A stretch of DNA of 63,432 bases, the filler included, from Choristocarpus tenellus KU-1152 (lineage: Eukaryota > Protista > Phaeophyceae): assembly GCA_964200185.2 (NCBI GenBank). It is 13 parts of 13 records of this genome, joined end to end, with 100 filler letters (N's around TTAATTAATTAA, not from the genome) between each part and the next. Parts side by side here need not be neighbours in the genome. Positions count along the whole stretch, not along the records: positions 1 to 8,958 come from CAXNAD020004162.1; positions 9,059 to 14,252 come from CAXNAD020011548.1; 11 more parts are not named here. One strand, written 5' to 3'. The stretch's first letter is position 1; every line of letters begins with the position of its first letter. Made by a program: the position numbers and the translations under genes. Of the stretch, positions 1 to 12,421 are shown one piece after another. The notes below the pieces were generated by a model that saw only the letters and a list, made by a program, of their open reading frames with translations, was not told the origin of the DNA and made no database searches.

Positions 1-988
1 AGGTGTTAGGGTTGGGCTACAAGGGCTCTGAAGCCCGAAAGAAGGTTGAGAGGGCTCGCAAGGTGGAGGAGAAAGCGATCGTAACAAAGGCAGTTGTGGA
101 GACTTTTCGATACCACCAAATCCCTTACTTAGAAGAGGTCGCGAAGCAGGTGGAGGTAGCCATCGACGAGGACGCCAGGGAAGAAGAGGATTTGAGATTG
201 AGGCTATTTGCACACCGATGGTTTGGTGTCTCCCACCACTTCTTGCAAGATGCCATACAAGCACCTTTGTTACTGGACTTAGGTCTGGACGTATAAAGTT
301 GATTAAGGCTTTCTCCCAGTCTGCATTCATTTGAGAAATCAACACAATTTTCGATCAACTCAAGCCTATCCTACTCCCTTGCGCTTGTGTCTTGATGATA
401 ATATATCACCTCCCAGGAAGCACGGACGAGGCCCATTTCTGACTCTCAACGAGGAAATGTGATAGTAAAGGCTCTAACACTGCGAATTCTGTACCTGTGT
501 ATGAGCGACGGGAAAGACTGTAAAACGGTGCTCGAGATGACTGGAGGATATGCGATGGTCAAGTCGGAAACTGTGAGTAAATGGAGAGAGACTTTGTAAC
601 TAAGGGCCATATCAAGGTGTTGGAGCAAGGGCGCTACGAGAGGGGTTTCGTTCTGGGCGTCGACGAGGACATCCTTGCCGAGGTCAAAGAGTGGGTGCGC
701 GAACACACCGGAAGAAAGGGTAGGGAGGCTTTTTTCCCGTCTAAACCCTATTCCTTTCATCAAGTAGTAGTGCATTTGTTGCCACTCTTGGTGACCTACA
801 ATGCAAGGTTCGAACCCCAATATGAGCCGTTTTTTCTTCAAAAAAATATAAAAATGGCGAAAAAAACGAAGCCCGTACTCTGAAGGGTCTTGTGACCGGC
901 ATCACGAATATGCTTATTTTTTAATGCGATGTCTACATCAAACGTTTGAACGAAACAATCCCAGAGGGTGAGGTTACTGCTACCACTA
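1..988 (+). mobile_element. Tc1/mariner(IS630)-like non-autonomous element, copy 1 (5'-truncated by window start)
   Basis: 1-988 aligns along its length to 15511-16495. It ends ...TACCACTA|TA like copy 2 and carries a broken reading frame resembling a transposase N-terminus (SETVSKWERDFVTKGHIKVLEQGRYERGFVLGVDEDILAEVKEWVREHTGRKG). Confidence 0.6.
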
Positions 989-1479
989 TAGTAGTTTATA
1001 TGCAGAGTCAGAATACATGAAATATTAGTTGGTTAATCCATATTTGTTCTTGTATACGAACGGATAGATAAGAATTAGTTGGAGGAGTCTATTCGAACAC
1101 ACATCGCCTGTAACACCAGGGCCACTGACCAACAAGGGTGTATGAGTGTGTGACTGACACCATGACAAGGTTAATTGCAAAGTGGTATTCTAAGGAAGCT
1201 ATGGTAGCTATACATCAAGCCAAAGCAGCACCTAAGATTGCCCAAGTCACCACCAACACCACTACTGTCTGCTGAGCGCTGTATCTCTTGTACTCTCCTT
1301 TTTTTGTTTCTTCCATCTGTTGTTCATTTTCTTTCTTCTCTTCCCCTTTTGTCTTTTTTTGGGTAATGGTATTTTCTCCTCCAGTTCTAACCTTGTTTTC
1401 TTTTCTTTGTCTGCTTCGTTTTCTTCCTATAGTCAAAGCTGCCTTGTCTTACTAAGGCGATGTGTAGAACGACAAAGGG

Positions 1480-3150
1480 GGCCAGGATCAAGGCTATTTA
1501 TGAGCAATCGTTCCCACCTGTCCACCCTCTCGATTGGTCACGATTGAGTGGGATATTGGGAGGGGGGGTAGGGTCAGGCTCAGGTGGGGTAGATGTCTTC
1601 TAGTTCGAAGCCACGGTATGGGAGTGGATGAAGGTGGCATGTTTTGGATGATTGTGAGGTGTCCTTGGATTGAATGTGGAGTGGTGTGGGAGGATGTGGA
1701 GTGTCATAGATGGAGGTGGAGCATTTAGGGAGGATGGTGTGGGAGTGTATTCGCGGGAATTGGCCACAAATTTTGGTGAGTGGAGATACCAGTGGCAGAA
1801 ATTGGTTGCACTGGTTGCACTGGTTGCACTGGTTGATGACTGGAAACCAGTGGGGAAAACTAATTGCATTGGTTGGTGATTGGATACCATTTACGGAAAT
1901 TGACTACATTGGTTGATGATTGGATACCAGTAATGGAAGTCGGTCGCACTGGTTGGTCATGGGAAACCAGTGGCGGAAATTGGCCAGATTGGTCGATAAG
2001 TGGATTGTTTGTTGACTGGAAACCAGTGGAGAAAATTGTTCGCATTTGTGGTGATTGGATGCCAGTGGCGGAAATTGGCTGCAGTTGCTGGTGACTGTAA
2101 ACCATTGGTAAAAATTGGTCGCGCATTGATCGGTCATTTGATACCAATTAGTGGGAATTGGTTGCATTGGTTGGTAAGTGGTTACGCGGAAAGTGTCCGC
2201 AGAGGTGATAGGGTAATAATAAGAATGGTGAGGTACTGGTGGTTTGGTGAGAGATGAGTGGTGTGACGATGGTCGAGGGGTGGAGTGGATGTAAGTGTAT
2301 GACGAGGCCAAGGAATTAATCCAGGTTTGGTGAGCAAAGCAAAACATTATTAACAGCACAGTTCCAAACTTGACAATGTATAACATTAACCCAAAATTAT
2401 AAATCTACTTCCATTTCAATTTCCACCCCCTCACTATGTCATACTAATCACCCTTCCCCTCTCTCTACATCAAAAACTATACAGGACCCAACTTAATATC
2501 TAGATCCTTGTGTACATTTATTTCCTTAGAGTTGGGGTTGGGGTTGGGATTGGAGTTATGGTTAATTTACTACTACTATTACCACTACTAATAATATTGG
2601 TTGTAATACTACCGGTATATTTGAGGATCTGGTTATTACCAGATTCTCCATACAGATTCTCCATCCTATTTCAACATCCCCTATCTCTATATATTATTAT
2701 GCTCTCTGACATTTTGCATGTGTGAGGGAAACTCCCCTCTCTATCATACATACCAACATTTGTGTTCTTATAATTATGTGCTGAGAGTAACTCTATATGC
2801 CCTTAACTTTTTAGAGGACCAATCACACAAGTAGTTGTAGATGTATATTCTACTTACTAGAATAATATACTTTGTTGTAGTTGTGGTGATCGATCATTTA
2901 GGGTACTCAAAACGATCATGTTAAGGATGAGATGATGACCTCTCAAAGTTCTGCAATGTGTGGAGTTTATGATGGGGGACTTGGATCATGAAGATAATAA
3001 GGGTACCTCTGTCATGGACTGGGAGATGGTCAAGGTCCACGAGGTTTGTTTGTCTGTGGAAGATGACCAAGGAGTAAGTATTTGGTATTCTAGAGTATAG
3101 CATAACATGAGCATGGCACACAAATGGAACGGTGGAAGGTGTGTCGTAGA
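1480..3150 (-). mobile_element. Degenerate Penelope-like retroelement remnant (RT C-terminal relic, GIY-YIG tail relic, 3' hairpin-repeat array)
   Basis: Minus-strand relics WTLTISQSMTEVPLL (RT thumb-like, ~3060-2990) and FAHQTWINSL (~2340-2305, like the GIY-YIG E-x-x-WI tail). 1480-2200 is homologous to 18745-19240 and 49380-49820 (shared GGGTAGATGTCTTCTAG(T/C)TC). The repeat is certain; the PLE class is inferred. Confidence 0.45.
1740..2175. repeat. Degenerate tandem array of ~40-bp palindromic units
   Basis: About 10 units of consensus GACTGGAAACCAGTGGCGGAAATTGGTCGCACTGGTTGGT, containing the AACCAGTG/CACTGGTT inverted repeat. Confidence 0.8.
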
Positions 3151-3507
3151 TGGGATGGTTTACGTGGTGGTACGTTTTGTTTTCTCGTACCACCTCAAGT
3201 TGGTTGTTTACACTCAACCCTTTCGATGAGTTAACAGCTATTGAGGACTTACCAGCGTTACCTACACTGATTCGTTTGGACTTACACGAGAAAAGACAAG
3301 GTTCTGAGAGCATTGTAGGGTCCTGGCTTGCTTTCCTGGAATTGTTTAACTAGGTTCTGTTGTTTCAGTTCTCCCTTGGCTCGAATTCTTGAATCTTAGT
3401 CAACCCTGCACCTAACGCCCTTTGCTGCCAATCTTGGCGACCCTACTTGTGATAAGACGAGCCCCTTAAATCATCTTCCTCCACGCCCCACTCCCAAACA
3501 CCCACCC

Positions 3508-6500
3508 TTGCTTACTCTGTTCCATCCATCGAACGGAAGCCAGCAGCGCTCAAGGTGCAAGACCGCGCGAAAGAAGTCTACGAGAAGCATTTTAGCTGGT
3601 GTAACAACTTTTGTGCTGATGCTGCACTTGGTATGGGTAACCCATGCCAAAAAGTTGTCGGTTAAGTGGGAGGAAAACGTTACACCTGGTTTCGCGTCTG
3701 AGAACCCCGAATTCTGCGCTGATTCCCCTTTCGGACCTCATGGATGCTGTGCACTGCACCGCAGGCCAGCCGATACAAGAATTATCTTCGACCCTCAGTG
3801 TACAGCATATCCTAAGTTACCAGGCTGTCTTGGAGATGAGATAAACAGAGCGAACGTAGCAGCGGACTGCCGCTTTTGCCAGGAGGACTGCAGGGTGGCA
3901 GCAGTGGCGTCAGGGAGGGAGAATGAAAAAAATGACCCCAATTGCTACTCTTGTCCGACTGAAACCAGGATGTGTCCACATGGGGTATCAAGAGTGGCGA
4001 AGGCTGAGGGTCTGGATGACGAGCGGTTATGTCACATGCCAGACACATACGAAGTTAATGTGTGCTTTGAGCTTGAGCTCGCCTTCCTGCACATCTACAA
4101 AGCCGGAGGAACATCGGTGAACGCGGATCTCGAGGCGGCCTGCAAAGCGATAGGGGGGAGTGCGGTGAAGTACAAGACATGGGGAAATGCAATGAGTGCG
4201 CTGAACATAATGCCTGCAGAGATGGTTGAGCATTTCCCGCCTCCAGGAATGACACTGTTCACTTTTGTGCGGGACCCACTCGAGAGGTATGAACACTATG
4301 CCATCCACCTGACTTACGAAAGGGTATAGTGTATTCTACTAAAGGATGAGCAATTGTTAGTTTTAAACGAAGGAACTGCACTTACATGTTTTTAGTCTGA
4401 ATCGGACATCACTCTGGGGTAGGAGTAATGGCAAGGGAGAATTATTCCTGAGATGAGTGGAATTGTGCAATGCCATAGGAACCTTGTGTGCTGGTGTGGT
4501 TAATGGCTTCCCATGAGCGTAGTAAGTGTTGGTATGTTTGGTGATCAGGTAATATTTTTTTCTGGTTTTCTTGGTGTAAAGAAAGTGAACGACTGCACAA
4601 CCATCTGCTCTATTTCAGAGTGTTTTTGTCACTCCATTATGCGGCCAAAATACTCTTGAAGTATTTTGTAACATTGATTTCATGTTGCTTATCTAGATAC
4701 GCGGAATTATCGTGCTTCTACCTCATTGTTTGACGAGATGGCTGACTGAAAAGGTTGCTATGTGTTATTCAAATCTTATGTGCCTGAAAAAGAAAAGGGT
4801 TACCTGATCAAGTATTAGAACACGGTGGGGCTTTTCTTTTGTGTGGTCAATGTTCAAACATGAAAATGGAATGTTGAATGCATTGTGAGTTCATCATCTG
4901 TCAAGTTCCCCCAACACTACCTTCCTACTGTTTTGTTGTGGGTGTCTCTCTACAACTTCACAGGTTTTTGAGCGGCTACCATGAGCACCAGATACGAAGG
5001 ATGTGGAAGGGGGAGGTTGCTGTGCCTCAGGTGAGGAAAGTCATGAATGAGTGAGTATCCATTAAATACACCAACGTACTTAACCTACAGTAAAAGGTTG
5101 CGGAAATTTCGTTTGTGCAGTGTGTTATCCCTGATTCTTGAGTGTACAATGCCTCAGTGGCATGCAGTTACTTATTCATGTTAGGTATGTCATCACGACT
5201 ATGAATGAAAAAATACAGTTCACAGGGGTTTGTAAATTACTTTCTAGTGCAGCTGTTTGGGTGCTTATATTAATTCATGTGCATTGTGGTGTAGTAGTGC
5301 CTCAGTAGGGAGGCTGCGTACTGTGAATGTGTTGCACATTGTACTAATTCCCACAAAGGCTAAGTAATGAAGTATATCCGGCAATCCACAGGCAACTACA
5401 TCTATGGTGTGTGTGTGTGTGTTTAAGTATCGCAACGGTTGTTGTTCTTGCGTGAAGTATATCAGAACAAAATCAAACTGACAGTAAGGTGCTCATGTAG
5501 ACGGTTCAACATGCTACTTCTCTCTGGCAATGATTGCGGTTGCTTGTCAATGGGCAAGAAGGAGAATTCAGTGGAGTATCAAGAGAACAGGCTGGTGCAT
5601 CTTGAGAATTTTCTCAAGACCTTGACGGAAGTTGTCCATGTCAACGGATGGAAAGATCCGCATCTACGTCCGCAGGCCAGGTTCCTTTACGCAGGGACTC
5701 GGCAGGCAAGCAGGGCTCTCGTAACCTGAATGTTGTTGCTTGCAAAATTTCATGCTTGTCATTCTGCTCTATCTCTGTGACTTTCCAAGTTTCTATCGGC
5801 TGTGTGTATCATTCTGGCTTGAATGGATCCTGTCTGTCTCTGAAAAATGTTGGACCCCCACTTATACTATGTTGTGGTGGACAATTTCTGCTGTTTCGTG
5901 AGTGGAATGGAGGAAGTTGTAGGTTCTTGAGTGCTTTTCCCTAGACGTGTATTGGAGCATTCCGCCCACCTTTCACCCTTTGCTTAGAAGGCTTGCCTTG
6001 ATATGTGACATTTCTACAGTTCAAGTTCAGTTGGCGGTTATTGCAGTAATTTTTCTATGCTGGATTGAAGCAATGAATCCCACTCTGAGACTGTATAATT
6101 TCCATTCCCTCATCCCCCAGTTCAGCAACCTTACCACACATCCTTCCACCTGTGTTCTCACCTCCCTCTCTACTACTCCAACGCGTTCTTGACAAAACAC
6201 ACACTGGCATCTTCTTTGTGGATTCTTGTGCAAACAGTTTTCTCCCCATGTCACACTCCCCTGTCTTAACCCCACCTATTGTTCCTCACCTACCCCTTTT
6301 CCTTGGCTTACCTTGGCACAGGAATTGCCTGTGACTGTGTTTCGATTGGAGAACGCAGAAAAGACTTTGAGCGGCCTCTATAGCATGTCCAACCTATCTC
6401 GACACCGGTCAAGTGTAAATGAGAACCGCGGGCGGACGCGCAATGAGACCTTTGGGGAGCCATTCTTCACTGTGAAGGTTGGTCTTGATATCATGAAGTG

Positions 6501-7883
6501 TCTCCTTCCTCCTGGTTTGGTATTCACTCTCAAGCCTAGCAGTACACAGCTTTGAATATGAAACACGAAAATCCCAAGAGTGCTTGCTGTTTGGACCCTT
6601 GGAGGGGGAGGTATGGGGAGGGTTGGCTGTTCTATTACCAAGTTGATTGTTTTTGCACCTGCGGTCCCAATGTGGTCACGTGTGAAGCGAGAGTGACCTG
6701 TTTGGAAGTTCATGCTGTACCTCTATGCTCATTCATCGGCAAGCTCTGCCCTCCCCCTTTTCTAGTATTGTGCAATTACTATACTCTGGAGTATAATTAC
6801 AATTACGTTTTTTTTTGTATTTTGGATATCGCAGAACCAGAGTGTTCACTCTCTTCAGTTCATGATAAAGATTGCACGATCTGACACAAAGCATATCTAG
6901 ATTTTATTTTCTACGTGAAGTAAGCACCATCAGTTGGCTTGGGGGAGGACATACTCTAGTTCCTACTCCTGATTGTGAGCACTATAAGAGTGCTAACACC
7001 AAGGAAGAAGAAACCCCCTTCATGGCCCTGCAACAGTTGCTGCAACCCCACACTCTCCACCTACAGATTATAGTTATGGTTCTCTTACCACAGCAGTAAA
7101 ATAAAAGTTAAATGGTGGATTGCTTTGAGGATTAAGGAAATATTGCTGGCAAGTATTAGGGGGTCAAGTCTTGTGCGATGTTTGACCACTGTCCTAGACG
7201 TAAGGTTGCAATGAGTTGATGTGTAAAGGGGTGAACCTTGTGGGACATTGCTTCTGCTGTTTCTATTGTTTGCTGTTATTTCTTTTTTCTAGAGTTAGGG
7301 AGAGATGCAAGACAGTTCCAATATGATGCGAGGAGATTGTTTGGTGGGGGTATTGCCGTGGGCCGATGTAGTTGTGGAAGCCACAAGGAAGTGGCGCTGA
7401 GAAAGGCTTTACTCTTTCCCTTGGTTGATGCTCTGGTGCCTACACTGTAGCCAATTCACCAACACATTCAATATTAGGATCCAGTTGAAAACCAGAAAAT
7501 GAGGGAGAACTTACTCAACCTTGAGCACAATTCACAGGTAAAGCAAGGAGGGGTTGTCGGGTCCTACTCAGCTTCAATGACCGCTGTCCCCCCTCCTCCA
7601 AGTGTGTTGTGTCGTAAATCCAAGGTCAGCTCACATGTGAAACCCTTTTCCATTCTACACTCAGTGTCCCTTCACCTGACTTCAAACCTTCTCTTCCACC
7701 CTACCCCAGTCAGAGGAGCTAAGCAGTCGGGATCGTTCTGCAATATGTCTCCTCTATGTGGAAGACTACTGCCGATTTGGGTTTGACCTCAGATTGCACT
7801 GTGACCTTGTGCAGTCAGAGATGCTCCACATGTGCAAGAAAGCAGGACATGGTATGCATTTTAGGCGCGATTTTGAAGACTGA
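3508..7883 (+). CDS. Golgi-type carbohydrate sulfotransferase (Sulfotransfer_2 family) with N-terminal hydrophobic segment and Cys-rich module; exons (3508/3619)-4286, 4964-5050, 5501-5705, 6322-6477, 7710-7883
   Basis: 5'-PSB motif FLHIYKAGGTS, 3'-PB motif FTFVRDPLER|FLSGYHE across intron 1, DPHLRPQ, VFRLEN and terminal ICLLYVEDYCRFGF. All exon phases are compatible. Stop TGA at 7881-7883. Start codon uncertain (first in-frame ATG at 3619). Confidence 0.88.
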
Positions 7884-8958
7884 ATGTTGCGGAGGGGATG
7901 GGGGATGCAACTCTGTTGTGCAGTGGGTTGGGATGGGATGGGTGTGCAGCAATGAGGGGTTGACATTGACCTGTGTGCTGAGAGAGTGCTTCTCTAGATA
8001 GGATCTGTATATGTGAGCGTTTATAATCAGAGCTACTGTATTCTTAGGCTTGCTACTTTATTTTCTTTGTGTGCTCTTGATCTGAGGTTAGCGTTTTATC
8101 ATAACAGTAGTGTTCGAGTTCTCTTCATGAAACATCCATGTGTTGTATAGAGAACTATGACTGTTTTTCTTTTTTATTTAGGTGCTGGAAATTGGAAGAA
8201 ACAATGAGTATCTCAACATCAATGTTTAGAATGAAAATTTCCCTGTAAGTCTGGTGTATAGGCATGCTGTGACTTAGAAAAAATTGTCTTCGCTCCTATG
8301 GATGAGAGGTGCTCCTCTAGGTTTTGGTGAGGAAAAACCCTCAGATTTAATCACTGCAGCAGTGTAGTTCACTATTCCACACCACACAGCACTACACCAT
8401 GGACAGTGTTTTCAGCATGTTGTCTCCAGATCCCTTAGAGATGGAAATCCCTTTACTCACCTACATGGAAACCATCCAAAGGTAGTGTGGTTATGATCAG
8501 CATGGTCTATCTCCTGGCAGCGTCAATGGTGGCACCAATATAATCTAAGAGCTCATTTTGTGAAGGATAAGTCCCTCAACAAGATTGGTCAATGGGATGT
8601 ACCTCATAATACAGCACTCAATATGACCGCTCATCCTACAACACTCTTGTATATATTTTTCCAAATGTCTAGCTTCTATACACCCAAACGATACCCCAGC
8701 TTCATCTTTATTGTAAGAAAGGACATTGAATGGGAAATGATACGGTATGACCCAAGTGCGCAGTCTCTAAATTCCCTCACCTCCATCTGCCCTCCTAGCA
8801 GGAGGATGCAGCAGCCCAATCGTGAGGCAACTGTTACGTCTGTCCTTTCATGCTCTAGTTGTTCTGTGAATTCACAGCATGCCCTGCATATCTAACATGT
8901 CAACAGCTTTTAACCCTTCTGGGACCAGTGTAACTGATGCTTCAAGAACAGTATAGTC

Positions 8959-9058
8959 NNNNNNNNNNNNNNNNNNNNNNNNNNNNNNNNNNNNNNNNNN
9001 NNTTAATTAATTAANNNNNNNNNNNNNNNNNNNNNNNNNNNNNNNNNNNNNNNNNNNN
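8959..9058. other. Artificial contig spacer (44 N + TTAATTAATTAA + 44 N); also at 14253-14352, 17933-18032, 20909-21008, 25901-26000, 29894-29993, 33419-33518, 36533-36632, 39777-39876, 42495-42594, 55913-56012, 59023-59122
   Basis: Identical 100-bp layout occurs 12 times; TTAATTAATTAA places stop codons in all six frames. Confidence 0.98.
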
Positions 9059-9127
9059 GCATAAAGAAAAGGTAGGTGTAATTTTCTTTCTCCCGAAAAA
9101 GGAACCGAGGGCCACCCCGGTTTAAGG

Positions 9128-9161
9128 CCCCCCCCCCCCCCCCCCCCAGATACTTTGAGTC
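9128..9161. mobile_element. MITE terminal inverted repeat (family A-type end), partial
   Basis: C-tract followed by AGATACTTTGAGTC, matching the right end of family A copies. The interior differs from the other copies. Confidence 0.55.
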
Positions 9162-10416
9162 AACACACAACTGACGTATTCTGAACAAGAGGAATTACTA
9201 CTAGGTGACGTATTGATCTTAACATCAATACGTTGCCTTCCTTGGGCCAAGAGGGAGGGGGGAGAATATTTATTGCTTTGAGTGGAGCACGGCACATATC
9301 ATGGATCCCATATGTCAGCTCGGTGCAAAGAAGTATGCAGGAACAAGAGTCAGCAATTATACTTGATTTTTTCATAAAATTATTAATACTTCCACTGTAA
9401 GTGTGCCCATTCTCTGAAGATGGGATCGATAAGCTCTCCACGGAAAGGTGACTTTATGCCGATCCAGGTCAAAGGGATCAAAAAATGGAGCTGCTCGTGG
9501 TGAAATGGAAGGGACAGTGAGTCACTGAGAACCATGTCAAATTACATGTGATTTTGCAGAGTGATTGATTCTGTTGGCCCAAAAGGATGGTACCGATCTT
9601 TCCACACAAATTCTGTCTCGCCCAAAAGTTGCGTGGCAGTCTGTATTAGGAAGTCGGTTTGTGATGGGCAGCAAGCACCTTGTGGTTGGACTCCAGCCAG
9701 GCTGAAGTATTCATCTGCGGTATGTATGTGCACATAATGATGTGCACATATTATTGGCAGAAAGCGTATCATGGAAAAGAAACAAAAATGCCCACAGGGT
9801 TTGGAGGCGCACTTTTGAACCTCTGCATCATCCATCTCTTTGGCAGAGCATGGGTGTGATATGTGGAGATAAAACAGAAATAACAATTGGTTCGAAGAGC
9901 AATATAGCCAGTTTGAAGTTCTGCTCGTGACTGTGTTTTCGAGTACATCGTTTTTCTGAGCATGCAACCTTGTCCTCTGAGTATATAACGCAATCCACTT
10001 CAAAATACTACATATTGTACCATCAATGAATCTCATCCCACATGCTTCTTAGGAGTGTCTTACAGAGGGAGACAGGGTGCTGACAGTGACGGTCAAACTG
10101 TATACATCGTAGCATGCATCTTTGCCCCCAAACACTTCCTGGAAGAGCCCTCGATCCACCTTATTTTATATGCCTCTTATCACAAGTCGTAGTATTTATT
10201 CCTTCAGTTTAAGAACAGATCCAGATTCAGATAGCCTATGAGATGCAGGCCCGAACAAGCAACACTCCAGCATAAGCACATGATAAGCACGCCAATAAGA
10301 GGGCCAACATGGCTTATCACATGATAAGCAATTTACAACCATGGCAAGAATCACCCCCACCTCAAACTCTTTCATACAATCTCAGCAGTTCCCAACAATG
10401 CCACTGTAGGATCTCT

Positions 10417-11019
10417 TCAATTACCAATGCCCCGTAGCCTTTCTAAGGCACCCATAGCTGAGGGCGCCTTCCCTTTCCCCTTCCCCTCCTCACTGTGAGA
10501 TATTGGCGCCGAGGATGCTTCCTCAGTTTCCAGTGCCTGATGCCCCCCCCCCCAAAAACAATTGTAGGGAACAAATGAGGGTTAGGGTCATGTCGGGTCA
10601 TCTCTCTTATTCTTAGAAGCAACAAACCTTCCATGTTTGGAAGAACCAATGCAAAACCTTCCCCAAAATGAGGAAGCCGATCTATCAATCGCTTGAAGAT
10701 AACAAACAACACACCCACAAAACAAAGACCCCACCAAACATACAACCCTCGAGACCTCTACAATCACAATTGACCTCAACTCTACCCCTCCCCACCACCC
10801 CAACGTACGAATGACTACTGGACAAGCAACAACACTTTTTTTCATATTGGGATATCCACCCACCTCCAGTGCGCTTCCAAACACAGCTCTCGGAACCTCC
10901 TTCTCAGCAACATCCACCGTTCCCCCCTCTGCAACAGCAGGAGCATCATCATCAAGCTCAATCTCATCGGGATTTGTGATTTTCTTATCCGTTGTCACCG
11001 CTGCTGGTGCCTCCTCCCC
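10417..11019 (-). CDS. XAB2: Pre-mRNA splicing factor SYF1/XAB2, last two exons (11019-10864, 10536-10417)
   Basis: NPDEIELDDD...EKEVPRAVFGS and terminal MGALERLR match the SYF1 C-terminus. CAG acceptors, GT donor, phase-0 junction, stop at 10417-10419. Confidence 0.8.
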
Positions 11020-11971
11020 CTGTGAACGATTGTTGGCACGCACATGAAACAAACAATAAAAATTTAAACTCACAACAACAACAAAAAAACCCTTCAGGAG
11101 TATTGTAATACACTAATAAAACAAAATAGTATTGACTCAATAGGGTGCGCATCCACCCAGCAGACTCCCTTCCCACTCCCCCCCGCCACAAAATGCATCC
11201 AGCGTTTGATGATGTCATTTTACTCTCCCTTTCAAACACTTGCTTAGGATTTTTTCGCACAATTCAGAGTAAGATCTCACACTAGCCTCTAAGAAAAACC
11301 AAACAATTTTCTCTCTCTCTCACCCACACCCACACAGATATATGTATATATTTTGAAGGTAAACATATTTCTCCCCCCACTTGTTCATCTGAATGTCTTT
11401 GAATGTCTTTGAATGTCTTTCCAATAGCGGTGCTTTATTGCACCTGCTTATCTTGTGTTATCTTGTGTTATCTTGTGTCACTACTGATCACATGTATGAC
11501 TACAATAGCAAAAACCCTCATCCAAGCCCTGATCTACATTCTACAAAAACTCTCCAATAACAAGGGCACCATCCTTTCCTTTTAACTCAATCCATGATTC
11601 TAGTGATGATCCTAGTGATGAAGGGGTATTGCAAGGAAAAACGAGGGCCCCAATCATGACATGCCCAATTGACTAAACTGTTCTCCCAGGGGAAAACACG
11701 CCTTTTCTATTTAACACCATCTGTTCGGCATGTGAAACGATTCACTCGGAACTAAACACAACAACTCCAGGGCATGGACGGATTGGCTCCAGAGCATACA
11801 CACTCAATACCACTTCTGCAGGACAGGTTCAGAGAGAGAGAGCGCATCTCGGTCGAAGCACTCTTGTTAGAAACAAAAACATACTTTGAAGTACAACGCA
11901 AGCCATTCTCAGTCTTTCTCAGTCTCACTGTACATATTGAAGGTACAGTCCCTGCATTGAACAAAAAGCTT

Positions 11972-12166
11972 TGTGTTTCAACCAGAAGAGGTGACTGTAC
12001 CTTCAATATGTGTTTCAACCAGAAGAGGTGACTGTACCTTCAGTATGTGTTTCAACCAGAAGAGGTGACTGTACCTTCAATATGTGTTTCAACCAGAAGA
12101 GGTGACTGTACCTTCAGTATGTGTTTCAACCAGAAGAGGTGACTGTACATTCAATATGTGTTTCAA
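11972..12166. repeat. 37-bp minisatellite, ~5.3 copies
   Basis: TGTGTTTCAACCAGAAGAGGTGACTGTACCTTCA(A/G)TA at 11972, 12009, 12046, 12083 and 12120; A and G alternate between units; no spacers. Confidence 0.95.
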
Positions 12167-12297
12167 TATGTACAGCAAACACCGTAGGGGGACGCGAAAG
12201 CGAACTCAACGCGATTGAATAAAAGGTGCAGTTTTTTTTTCTACTGAAAGACAAAAAAAACTAGAAAAGAGCTCAAAAACCTGAAAAAGGTGCGGGG

Positions 12298-12421
12298 GGG
12301 AATTAGTTGCTGCTAATTAGTTGCTCAATTTAGGGAATTAGTTGCTGCTAATTAGTTGCTCAATTTAGGGAATTAGTTGCTGCTAATTAGTTGCTCAATT
12401 TAGGGAATTAGTTCCTCAATT
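12298..12421. repeat. 35-bp minisatellite, ~3.5 copies
   Basis: GGGAATTAGTTGCTGCTAATTAGTTGCTCAATTTA repeated, itself built from AATTAGTTGCT subunits. Confidence 0.95.

Noticed and set aside
1740-2175. Hairpin array as CRISPR, or as Trp-rich coding repeats
   Set aside because: No spacers; the overlapping short ORFs in all frames are by-products of the repeat.
3436-3445. TGGCGACC as an LTR primer-binding site
   Set aside because: No identifiable LTR pair or gag downstream.
9003-9014. Recurrent TTAATTAATTAA motif
   Set aside because: Synthetic six-frame stop linker centred in N-runs.
11972-12166. CRISPR-like array (37-bp repeats containing GTTTCAA)
   Set aside because: Units are head-to-tail with no unique spacers, no cas genes are present and the context is eukaryotic; it is a minisatellite.
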